A stretch of 64,000 nt of DNA from a candidate division FCPU426 bacterium (GTDB lineage Bacteria > Oederibacteriota > Muellerivitia > Muellerivitales > Muellerivitaceae): NCBI GenBank assembly GCA_963771075.1, contig CAVYSE010000017.1, positions 96,001 to 160,000 on the forward strand, in the 5' to 3' direction. Numbering within the stretch: position 1 is the first letter of the stretch; every line of letters begins with the position of its first letter. The translations under genes and the position numbers were made by a program. The notes below the pieces were generated by a model that was given only the letters and a program-made list of their open reading frames with translations, was not told where the DNA came from and did no database searches. Shown piece by piece: positions 1-9,143 of the stretch.

Positions 1-641
1 CAAAGTGGCATCAAAATGCGCCAATAAACCCCCATGTTTGAGCAACCATCGATCTTAGCCGCTTCGTCCATTTCATAGGGAATGCTCATGAAGAATTGAC
101 GCATCAAAAAGATGTTATAGGCACCACCGCCAAGGAAGGCGGGTACGATAAGGGGGTAAAAGGTATCCCTCCAGCCCAGGGTATTGAAGAGAATGAAACT
201 GGGGACCATTGTAACCTGGGCCGGAACCATCAAGGTGGCCAGGCAAAGCAGGAACAGGGGACCCCGGCCGGGAAAACGAAGCCGGGCGAAAGCGAATGCG
301 ACGACCGAGGAAGAAATTGTTGTCCCGAAACAGCTCAAGCCCGCGATGATCAGGGTATTGATCAAATAATTGGTGAATGTAACATCCGGAAACATCCCAT
401 TGATATCCCAAGCTTTGGGATAGTTCTCGAAATGCAAGGGAGAGGGTATCCAGACTGGCGGAATCGCGAAAACGTCCGTCGGCGCTTTCAGGGAGGTGGA
501 AAGCATCCAAAGAATGGGCCCGATCATGGTTATGGAACCGATCACCAAAACCACGAACACCGTGATGTTCGAGATCTTCTCGTTGCGCTTCTTACTCGCC
601 CAATGCCCGGTGCCGGGGCTGGCCAAATTCTTTTCGGTCAT
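1..641 (-). CDS. Carbohydrate ABC transporter permease (MalG-like), 3' end beyond window
   Basis: Not in the ORF track because it lacks a stop. Manual translation from ATG at 641 gives MTEKNLAS...PILWMLSTSLK...AFAFARLRFPGR...FLMRQFFMSIPYEMDEAAKIDG, which includes the EAA motif. It follows the other permease. Confidence 0.9.
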   Translation of the reverse strand, partial: MTEKNLASPGTGHWASKKRNEKISNITVFVVLVIGSITMIGPILWMLSTSLKAPTDVFAIPPVWIPSPLHFENYPKAWDINGMFPDVTFTNYLINTLIIAGLSCFGTTISSSVVAFAFARLRFPGRGPLFLLCLATLMVPAQVTMVPSFILFNTLGWRDTFYPLIVPAFLGGGAYNIFLMRQFFMSIPYEMDEAAKIDGCSNMGVYWRILMPL

Positions 642-653
642 TTTCTCACCTTG

Positions 654-1568
654 TTATTTGCGTAGTTCGCCTTCGTAGTAAACCCACTTGGAATACTTGA
701 ATTGGATCCAGGTGGCCAGCATGATCACGATGAACAAAATCCAGGCCAAGGCCGAGGCATAGCCCATCTGGAAGTATTTGAATTTCTGATAGATATAAAG
801 CACCATCACCAAAGTGGAGTCCGCCGGACCGCCCAAGCCGTCCGTCATCACGTAAACCTGGTTGAAAATCTGGAAAGAAGAGACGATGGAAATGATGAGC
901 TGGAAAAAAATCACCGGGGAAAGGCCCGGCAGGGTTACGGTCCAAAATTGTTGCCATTTATTCGCGCCGTCAATTTCCGCGGCCTCATATAGGGTCGTGG
1001 GTATTCCCTGCAACCCCGCTAAGTAAATGATCATCCCAGAACCCACACTCCAAAAGCTCATGATTACCAATGCCGGTTTGCTCCAAGCTTCGCTAGCAAG
1101 CCATTTGGGACACTCCGACATGGGCAAACCCGTCAAAACAGAAATCAAGTAATTCAGCAGACCCGAATCCGCGTTGAAGATCCATTTCCAAAGAACCGCC
1201 ACGGCCACGCCGGAGGCCATGACGGAAGGAAGGTAAAAAACGGTCCTGAAGACGCCGATTCCTTTCACCTTTTGGTTCATCAGGATGGCAACGACGATGG
1301 AAAGAACCATCCCAATGGGAACGGAGAGGAGGGTGAAATAGGCGGTGTTAAACATCGACCGCCAGAAGCGCGGGTCATCGAATAGCATCGTCTTGTAGTT
1401 ATCAAAGCCAACGAACTGGATGGGGTTCAAAATATCCCATTTACAAAATGACAAGAAGAAGGCGGCCAAAATCGGCCCGCCCATAAGGAACACCATCCAG
1501 ATGAGAAAGGGTGCCAGAAAAATATAAGCGCTAATGGCTTCCTTGCGTTCGGCCGAAGTCATGTTCAT
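654..1568 (-). CDS. Carbohydrate ABC transporter permease (MalF/UgpA-like)
   Basis: YLAGLQGIPTTLYEAAEIDGA EAA loop, FRTVFYLPSV and MGYASALAW motifs; about 6 TM segments. Confidence 0.93.
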   Translation of the reverse strand: MNMTSAERKEAISAYIFLAPFLIWMVFLMGGPILAAFFLSFCKWDILNPIQFVGFDNYKTMLFDDPRFWRSMFNTAYFTLLSVPIGMVLSIVVAILMNQKVKGIGVFRTVFYLPSVMASGVAVAVLWKWIFNADSGLLNYLISVLTGLPMSECPKWLASEAWSKPALVIMSFWSVGSGMIIYLAGLQGIPTTLYEAAEIDGANKWQQFWTVTLPGLSPVIFFQLIISIVSSFQIFNQVYVMTDGLGGPADSTLVMVLYIYQKFKYFQMGYASALAWILFIVIMLATWIQFKYSKWVYYEGELRK

Positions 1569-1587
1569 TCGCTCCTAAACGGCTGGA

Positions 1588-2880
1588 TTAATTTGCCTCA
1601 GGTGGATTTTTGTCCAACTGGGGTTTTAATTTTTGCATGGCTTCCTCGGGCGTTTCGCTCCCGTTCCATACCCGGTCCAACTCGGGCCCAATGATACTGT
1701 CCACGGTCTCATGCCAATTCTTACACATGGGGCTGTATTTCACGTACTTGACAGCTTCCAAAAGCATCTTCTTATTATGGGGATCTTGGTTGTCCAAAAA
1801 GAGTGACGAATTGGCCTCGGCCATTAGAGAGGGTTGGGCCAAACCAGTGGCAGCCAGCTTCTTAGCGCCTGCATCTCCCGAAATATATTTCACTAACTCC
1901 CAAGCGTTTTTCTTTTGGGTTGAGTTTTTCAGGATTCCATAGCCCGACCCACCGGTCCCGAACGCCCGATAGCCGTTGGGTCCCTTGGGAAACATTACGA
2001 TATCCCATCCAAAATTTTTGATATCCCGGAAACTTGGCGTTTTCCAAAGTCCCGAAAGAAACATGGCAGTGGAACCATTGATGAACATGTCAGAAGTTCC
2101 CATGCCCCCCATTGCCGCCAAACCCGATGGAGGCAACATGACCTTGTATTTATAAATAAGGTCGGCCCTAAATTGAACACCAGCCAGCGTGTGAGGATCC
2201 GTAGCGAAAGTCCATTGGGTGGGATGCTTCACATCGTTCGCATAGCTTCCACCAAAATCATAGACCCAAGGTTGGGGCATGACCCAGTCATCCACGAAAC
2301 CCCACCGGGTGACCTTTCCAGACGCATCAGTTTTCATGACTTTTTTGGCGATTGCCACAAAGTCATCATAAGTCCAATCATCAGTGGGATAGGGGACTTT
2401 CGCCTCGTCGAACGCTTTCTTGTTGTAATAAATGCAAGCGATAGGTGCCGTATCCCGAGGGATCACATAGATTTGGTTGTCCACCGTGAAGCGATCCACG
2501 ACCGAAGGATAATAAACACTCATGTCAATCTTATCGGATTGGATGTAGGGGTTGAGAGGTTCAAGTGCGCCGCGAAGGTAGAGGTCGGCGAAATTCTCAA
2601 CCTCCGTGAAGATCACATCCGGACCCACGTTACCGGCTATTTGGGTCAAGAGCTTGGTCACATATTCATTGTAGGGAATTCGTTGCAACTCGACTTGAAT
2701 GTCTGGATGGAGTTTTTGGAAATCGGCGATCAAATCGACTAGAATTTGATTTTCCTGGAGGTCGCCCCAGGAGGAAATTTTTAATTTTCCGGAAGATTTG
2801 GAACCGCAACCCATCATAGTCATGGTGGAAATTAGAATCAGGCCAACTAACAGCGCAAACACCAACCGAAGATTTTTCAT
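1588..2880 (-). CDS. Sugar ABC transporter substrate-binding lipoprotein
   Basis: Signal peptide with lipobox-like MMGC; family-1 SBP-like motifs (PDVIF, YYNKKAFDEAKVPYP, WT.DDF); first gene of the permease operon. Confidence 0.92.
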   Translation of the reverse strand: MKNLRLVFALLVGLILISTMTMMGCGSKSSGKLKISSWGDLQENQILVDLIADFQKLHPDIQVELQRIPYNEYVTKLLTQIAGNVGPDVIFTEVENFADLYLRGALEPLNPYIQSDKIDMSVYYPSVVDRFTVDNQIYVIPRDTAPIACIYYNKKAFDEAKVPYPTDDWTYDDFVAIAKKVMKTDASGKVTRWGFVDDWVMPQPWVYDFGGSYANDVKHPTQWTFATDPHTLAGVQFRADLIYKYKVMLPPSGLAAMGGMGTSDMFINGSTAMFLSGLWKTPSFRDIKNFGWDIVMFPKGPNGYRAFGTGGSGYGILKNSTQKKNAWELVKYISGDAGAKKLAATGLAQPSLMAEANSSLFLDNQDPHNKKMLLEAVKYVKYSPMCKNWHETVDSIIGPELDRVWNGSETPEEAMQKLKPQLDKNPPEAN

Positions 2881-2949
2881 GGAACCTCCCGGGTGATAAA
2901 AGCTAAATTAAAAGGATGGAATAAGCGGTGAAAAATTAAAGCGTTCGTT

Positions 2950-2979
2950 AGTATGGCATAGGCCCCGAAGGGGCGTCAA
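2950..2979 (-). promoter_or_regulatory. Candidate sigma70 promoter for the ABC operon
   Basis: Minus strand TTGACG-N18-CATACT with an extended -10 TG, about 70 nt upstream of the SBP start. Confidence 0.45.
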
Positions 2980-3657
2980 CGCAAAAACCCCTGTGTTTCT
3001 CGTAATCCCGAAATTTCGTCGTGCCTTTTTACGTCTTTTGGGAAAGTTAAAAAAAATGGAAAAGCAAATATCATTCCCTACAACAGATCAACCGCTTTAC
3101 GGCGTGCAGCTCCTTCCGGATGCGCGCCTTTCTATCCCTAAACCAGCCCTTTTGATAAACTTTGCAAGCACTCAGGTCGACTCTATCGCCTTTCAGCAAA
3201 ATCAACGCGTCGGTTTAATTACGAGAAAACACTTTCCCTTCGCATCAATTTAAGCAGGGGCAGTGAGCATTGAATAGGAAATTATCGGACAGACCCTGAA
3301 CACAATGTTCAAGGTTAAAAAAACCAACATTTCCTTTACCCCATTTAAGGCCAGAGATACCCCACATGTTAGTGAACCCTCAACAGATGGTGTCGGGCTA
3401 TAAATTATGGGTGGTTTGTAGCAGCTTAGGTCATAACGCAACACGAATCCCTTGCCTAATAAAAACCTCTTGGGACCAAACCCAATAGAACACCCGAGCA
3501 AATCCTAAAACCAGTTTTCCATAAGGTCTTTTCATTGCATCAGGTTTTAAAAAAAGAAATATGTGGATGTTTTTGCGGTGTTTTTCCCAAGTTGCGATAA
3601 AATTCCTATCCCTCCACTTTCCGAATTTGAGGACCGAATACAACATGCGAAGGAGAC

Positions 3658-5976
3658 TTGAAGGTGCTAAAAATAAATCCAAAGGTTATCTTGCCCAAGA
3701 TCCTTTATCTTTTTGCCTTTTTTTCTTTCATTGTCAGCTTGTTCTATCGATCCAGGGGGTTCCAAACCGAGAGTTTAATATGGCTAATAGGGGGAGTAGT
3801 TCTCGTCGTCCTTAATTTCATCGACCTTTTTAGCATCTTTAATCGAAATTTATGGCAAACCCCCACCCCCCCTAAAGTTCCATCGAATGAACCGGGAAAT
3901 ATCGCGGCCGCCGCACTTTTTATCATCTATATCATATCCATATTTTGGAAACCTCTTCTGCATCCCAAACAATTGTTGGGTGGATATGACATGCAGTTTT
4001 TTTACGCCTACAAATGTTATTGGGCCCAAAGCCTGAAAGATGGCGATCCGGCCCTATGGAACCCCTATTACCATCTGGGCATTCCTTATTGGGGTTGGCC
4101 GATTGTGGGCGCTTGTTCCCCTTTCACACCCCTTTACCTTGTCTTCCCGCCCTCGTTCGCGATCACATTGGAATATGTCATCCATTTATTCCTCTCCGCA
4201 TTTGGTATGTATCTTTTGTTGAGAACGCTAGGAAGCAAATGGACCGGGGGCATCATGGCGGGAATGGCCTATACCTTCGGTTGTTATTTCATGTCCAAGG
4301 TTTACCAAGGCCAGGCTTGGACCCTCTTTGCCGCGGCTTGGATACCCTGGATCATCTGGAGCACGGAAAAATCCATTCAAAACGAAGAGAAAAGACTGTC
4401 TTGGCTGACACTGACCGCTTATTTAACCGCTCTGACCTATTTCGAAGGGCATCCCCAATTAACCGAATACGCCCTGTTAGCCATGGGTTTCTATTGGTTA
4501 GGCGCTTGGATTTTCCGGAGCACTTCTTTCAAAATATTTTTATTCTCAAACTTGGGTTTGGCGGCCGCCTTCCTGGCCCTGACCGCCTTAGCCCTATTTC
4601 CACAGACCGAATATGCCATGTTAACGAATCGTTGGGGATGGCATTACGGAGATATCATGGATAATTGGGTGGCGCCCGACTCCTTGCCCACATTCTTGCT
4701 TCCCTTCCGGGGCTCTCCTTTCGATCCTACGGGTTTCAAAACCGTCAAGTCATACCACGAAACCTGCAATTACATGGGCTATATACCCTTGGCCCTTTTC
4801 TTGTCTGGTCTCATTTATTTTCGCAAAGTCCCTAAAGTTTTGTGGTTTTCCATAACTGCCCTATTTTTCACTCTCTTAGCGATGGGTATCTCCAACCCTG
4901 TTTCCAAGGCTCTTTTTGATTTCTTTTATAACTTCGTCCCGGGGTTCAATCATCACCGCACCATTGGTCGGCTTATGGTGGTGACGACTTTTTTCATGGC
5001 ATGCTCTTCGGGCCTGATGATGGATTACTTCAGGGATTTCTTCAAAAAAAAGCATGGCATTAAAACTCGGTGGATCTTTTATGGGTTATTAGCCCTAACC
5101 CTGGTTGACCTATGGCATTACGGTTACCGGTTCGTGGGTCTGGAAGACCCTGACAAATATTATTCACCATCAATGGTCTTTTCATCAGACAAAGTTTTGA
5201 AAACCGTCCTTGCTGACCCAACCTATCCACGGGTTCAGGGAGAACACGATTTTGCGGTAAACCTTTCTTGTAAATTGACCCAACCTTTATATTGGGAAGA
5301 TACTTACCCCGATAATGAAGGGCGTTACGTGATTGATATGCATGATGATTGGGATACCCCCCTTTCAGACGTCATCAGCCTGAAATACCTCGCTTCCCGG
5401 CCATTGTTCAACAAGCCTACCACCCGGTGGCAACCCTTGGCCGACAATGTGGTTTACAACACGATGGCTTTACCCAGGGCTTTCGTGGTCAGCGGCTACC
5501 GGGTGATGGCTTCCAATATGAAAGAGGACGTGGAACAAATTCGTTTGGGAGAGGTGGATTGCAAAAATGAAGTTCTGCTTTATTCCCAGCCTTCCCAGAT
5601 GCCCCCATCCCAGCCCGGGTATCTTGGTGAGGCTAAAATCACCCACTTCAGCAATAACGAAGTTGATATGGAATGCGCCATCAGCCAACCTGGCATCCTG
5701 TTTTTGTCCGATCCCTTTTTCCCGGGATGGAATGCTTGGGTAAACGGACAAAAAGCTGAAATTCTACGGGCTAATCGGGCTTTTCGGGCCATCGTTTTGC
5801 CCCAAGCCGGTTCCTTCAAGATCAAAATGGCCTATCAACCCGGAAGCCTGAAGGCTGGTATCACGGTTAGCTCCTTAGCATGGCTCGCCGGTGCTTTTAT
5901 ACTTATTCGCGGCAGAAAACGTAAAAAGATAAAACCCGGAAAACGGGAGAATAAAACAAAACGCGGTAGAAAATAG
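3658..5976 (+). CDS. YfhO-family polytopic membrane protein (GT-C-like glycosyltransferase)
   Basis: AGGAG RBS before TTG; LWNPY..LG.P, GHPQ, YMGYIPL and ALPRAF motifs; C-terminal LSDPFFPGWNAWVNG...RANRAFRAI typical of YfhO. Confidence 0.8.
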   Translation: MKVLKINPKVILPKILYLFAFFSFIVSLFYRSRGFQTESLIWLIGGVVLVVLNFIDLFSIFNRNLWQTPTPPKVPSNEPGNIAAAALFIIYIISIFWKPLLHPKQLLGGYDMQFFYAYKCYWAQSLKDGDPALWNPYYHLGIPYWGWPIVGACSPFTPLYLVFPPSFAITLEYVIHLFLSAFGMYLLLRTLGSKWTGGIMAGMAYTFGCYFMSKVYQGQAWTLFAAAWIPWIIWSTEKSIQNEEKRLSWLTLTAYLTALTYFEGHPQLTEYALLAMGFYWLGAWIFRSTSFKIFLFSNLGLAAAFLALTALALFPQTEYAMLTNRWGWHYGDIMDNWVAPDSLPTFLLPFRGSPFDPTGFKTVKSYHETCNYMGYIPLALFLSGLIYFRKVPKVLWFSITALFFTLLAMGISNPVSKALFDFFYNFVPGFNHHRTIGRLMVVTTFFMACSSGLMMDYFRDFFKKKHGIKTRWIFYGLLALTLVDLWHYGYRFVGLEDPDKYYSPSMVFSSDKVLKTVLADPTYPRVQGEHDFAVNLSCKLTQPLYWEDTYPDNEGRYVIDMHDDWDTPLSDVISLKYLASRPLFNKPTTRWQPLADNVVYNTMALPRAFVVSGYRVMASNMKEDVEQIRLGEVDCKNEVLLYSQPSQMPPSQPGYLGEAKITHFSNNEVDMECAISQPGILFLSDPFFPGWNAWVNGQKAEILRANRAFRAIVLPQAGSFKIKMAYQPGSLKAGITVSSLAWLAGAFILIRGRKRKKIKPGKRENKTKRGRK

Positions 5977-6118
5977 GGGAATTTTTTATCGGATATCCGC
6001 CGCCATTCAGTCCATACCCACCGCCCTGGGTCTCTATGTATAATAAGTCGCCTTTCACACGAGTAGGTTTAAGCCTGTGTTTGTCTTCTTTAAATAAATT
6101 ACCCTCATAGGAGTTTTT

Positions 6119-9091
6119 ATGCCCTTGGCAAGGTACCGAAAATATCTTCCGCCTTTTATTTATTATTTTCTTAATTCTTTATCCCGTTTGAACCTACTAC
6201 TGAAATCGGCTTCCCCCACAAAGGTCTCAAAAAAGAAAGCATCCTCCCGTACCAAGTCCAGGCCAATGCGTAAAATCAAACCTAAAACCATGGAATTTTT
6301 CGATTCCAAAAGATCTTTAATGGTTCTTTTTGCCCTGCTTTTGGCAGCCAAGGGCCAATGGGATTGGGTAGCCGTCGGCCAAAGCAATAGTCTATGGACA
6401 GGTTTGGCCTACTACGCCATTGCGGTTGGGCTGTTCCTTTATACATTTAACTCCTGGAAACAGGAAAATCTTCAAAAAGCCGAAATCAATCCCATCCTGG
6501 AATGTGGACTTTTCGGATTGATCATGCTCATTGCCGCCTTTTTCCGCGTTTACAAGCTGGATGAGATTCCCAACGGAATATTCATGGATCAAGGTTTTGA
6601 GGGCCTGGGCGGTTTGATGATTGGTCATAATGACTTTCACCAACCCGTATATTCCCTCGGGGACCAACCCGTTTTCGAAGTAGGGAAGCCCTTTTGGCAG
6701 CAGCCCTTTTTCATCGGAAAACCGTTGGAAGCTCCCGCCTTCCTGCTTTATCTTCTCGCCGCTTGGTTTAAGTTTTTCCAGCCGAATCAATTCACCTTAT
6801 ATCTTTTCTTCGCTTCCTTGGCCCTGGCTGCCTTTCCCCTTATTTATTGGACCTTCCGTCAAATCGCCGGACCCCGGATGGCCCTTTTGACGCTTTATTT
6901 TTTAGCGGTCATGCGCTGGCATGTGAACTTCAGTCGCAACGGGTTTCCTACCATCGAAGTTCCTTTTTATATGTTTGGAACCCTTGCTTTTCTTCTTTAC
7001 GGCTTTCGAAAGGGGAAAACCTGGGCTTTCTGCGTTTCAGCCGTGTTTTTATCATTGGGGCTTTATACTTACCAGGCCTTCAAGATATTTCCACTCTTGC
7101 TCGTTTCTTACTCTCTGTATGAATTCCTGGGTGATAACCCAAAAGTCCAAAAATTGTTTGAAACCCTTTCAAAAACCAGTCGTAAAACCAAGATGCCGGG
7201 GTGGGTGATTCCCTCCGTTCTTGCCTTGGTTTGCCTGATCATTATTGGTTGCGCGCTTTATTGGCTACCAACCTGGTACCTTTATGTCACCAACCATGCC
7301 CTTCTTTACACTATTGCAAAAGGAACCGTTTTAGTAATAGGCGTAAGCCTAATGGCCTTTACCCTTTACTTGTTTACAGGAAGCAAAAAATTCAAGCTGC
7401 ATTTGCGCCAATTGGGTCTTTTCTTTGGGATTCTCCTGGTTCTCACTTCCCCGATCCTCTTCAACATGTTGAAAACGGGAAGTTTGGGCTCCCGTGAGGG
7501 CTCGGATAATATTCTCGGCACAATCCTTCAGGAACATAGTTTTTACGGACCCGTCTCCAAAATGCTGGGTAAAACCCTTCTGATGGGCAACCGGATGGGA
7601 GACGATAATGAACGCCACAATATGCCCAACCATCGGATGTTGGATGACATTTCCGGAGTCCTTCTCATAATGGGATTTTTTTACTCCCTCCATCGCATCA
7701 ACCGACGAAAATATTTTTACGCACTCGCTGGATTGGGAGTCATGAGTTTGGCCTGTCTTCTCTCGGTTGTTCCGGCCCACGCTAACCGCCTATTGGCAAC
7801 CACTCCCTTCCTATGCCTCTTAATCTCCGCGCCCCTATCGGCGATTTGGGGACGGGCCAGGAATAAATGGGGTGGGTTCGGCGAAATGGTCTTTCTCTTT
7901 TTACTGCTCCCTCCCCTGTTGCTTGTGGGTTTTTTGAATTATCGCGTTTATTTCATCGAGGAACCCAAAGATGGGGCCTATTGGAATTCAAGCTATTGGG
8001 GCGGTTATTCCTTTGACGCCAGCCAAGCGGGAAAAATAATCGCGCAGAACGGGGACGCTTACGACTATTGCCTGACCAAACGGTACTTTTACCACAATAC
8101 CGTCAAATTCCTAAGTTATGGGTTGAAAGATCACGTCAAGCTTTTTACCCTGCCCGAAGGACTGGCACCCCTGCAAGCCAACGCCAATAGGGGCCTGCTC
8201 TTCATCCTCATGAATGAGCAAAAAGGGCTCGCCCAAAACATTCAATCCCTCTACCCTCACAGCCAGTTTGAGCCGGTCCCGAACCCCAATGGCAACCCCC
8301 TGGTTTATTGTGTCCGGGTGCCTGCCAGTGACGTGGCCCAAGCCAAGGGACTTTTCATGCAAACTTCGACTGGCATCACCACTCAATTGCCTGCATTTCC
8401 GGAGGGCCTGCCTTCCGGGCCATTCAAGGCTTCCTTACGTGGGACGGTCTATCTGGATCGCACCGCGGTTTACTCCTTTGAAGCGAAGTCCAATGCCTCC
8501 GTTTCCTGGTCCATCGGAACCCATAAGATCCGGTCGGGGCAAACCTTGAGTTTTGCGAAAGGGTTTTACCGGGTCGAGATCAATTTGAACGCGTCCAATG
8601 CGGGACCCGTTTCCCTCCAATTGCTTTCGAAAGCGGGGATTGAATCTCCCGTCGGGCTTGGCAACGACCGTTTCACCACGCTGGACATGGCGAGAGGTTT
8701 GAAAGGCTCCTACTTCGACCAAGATAGCGTCGTGGGTGTTCCCCTAGTACAACAATGGGATCCTTTCCTTAACTTTTACGACAGCTCCGACTTCCCCTAC
8801 CTGAACACGAGGGAATCCATCCTGTGGGAGGGCCAATTGAACGCTCCCACCACCGGACTCTACAAGTTCCTCGCCCGAACTGATGAATACACGAAAGTTC
8901 TCATCGACGGGAAAATCGTTGTCCCTTGGAGTCGTGGCCCCTCCGGGTCTTCTTTCTTAAAGGCTGGCCCCCATCATTTTCAGGTCGTTTTCCAGAAAAT
9001 TTTGGGTCCCAGTTTGACCTTATGTTGGACGCCGCCCGGTTCCAAGGATATGGAAGTCATCCCTAACCGTTATTTTGGGTACACCGACTGA
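6119..9091 (+). CDS. ArnT/PMT-like (GT-C, family 39/83-like) glycosyltransferase with C-terminal PA14-like domain(s); true start may be downstream
   Basis: FFRVYKLDEIPNGIFMDQ first loop, WHVNFSR, GLYTYQAFKIFP; many TM segments; PA14-like tail GLKGSYF...WEGQLNAPTTGLYKF..TDE...LKAGPH...L.WTPPG..MEVIP. Confidence 0.8.
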   Translation: MPLARYRKYLPPFIYYFLNSLSRLNLLLKSASPTKVSKKKASSRTKSRPMRKIKPKTMEFFDSKRSLMVLFALLLAAKGQWDWVAVGQSNSLWTGLAYYAIAVGLFLYTFNSWKQENLQKAEINPILECGLFGLIMLIAAFFRVYKLDEIPNGIFMDQGFEGLGGLMIGHNDFHQPVYSLGDQPVFEVGKPFWQQPFFIGKPLEAPAFLLYLLAAWFKFFQPNQFTLYLFFASLALAAFPLIYWTFRQIAGPRMALLTLYFLAVMRWHVNFSRNGFPTIEVPFYMFGTLAFLLYGFRKGKTWAFCVSAVFLSLGLYTYQAFKIFPLLLVSYSLYEFLGDNPKVQKLFETLSKTSRKTKMPGWVIPSVLALVCLIIIGCALYWLPTWYLYVTNHALLYTIAKGTVLVIGVSLMAFTLYLFTGSKKFKLHLRQLGLFFGILLVLTSPILFNMLKTGSLGSREGSDNILGTILQEHSFYGPVSKMLGKTLLMGNRMGDDNERHNMPNHRMLDDISGVLLIMGFFYSLHRINRRKYFYALAGLGVMSLACLLSVVPAHANRLLATTPFLCLLISAPLSAIWGRARNKWGGFGEMVFLFLLLPPLLLVGFLNYRVYFIEEPKDGAYWNSSYWGGYSFDASQAGKIIAQNGDAYDYCLTKRYFYHNTVKFLSYGLKDHVKLFTLPEGLAPLQANANRGLLFILMNEQKGLAQNIQSLYPHSQFEPVPNPNGNPLVYCVRVPASDVAQAKGLFMQTSTGITTQLPAFPEGLPSGPFKASLRGTVYLDRTAVYSFEAKSNASVSWSIGTHKIRSGQTLSFAKGFYRVEINLNASNAGPVSLQLLSKAGIESPVGLGNDRFTTLDMARGLKGSYFDQDSVVGVPLVQQWDPFLNFYDSSDFPYLNTRESILWEGQLNAPTTGLYKFLARTDEYTKVLIDGKIVVPWSRGPSGSSFLKAGPHHFQVVFQKILGPSLTLCWTPPGSKDMEVIPNRYFGYTD

Positions 9092-9143
9092 TTCAAGCAA
9101 ATCGCCGGAACCTATGCCGTAATTCTTATCAAGGAGACACTGA

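Noticed and set aside
96..665. 189-aa plus-strand ORF
   Set aside because: Antisense shadow of the ABC permease on the minus strand.
2993..3650. Short ORFs or a structured ncRNA in the long AT-rich divergent intergenic region
   Set aside because: The ORFs are short, mutually overlapping and lack motifs. No riboswitch or tRNA-like structure was recognisable by eye; an Rfam scan would be needed.
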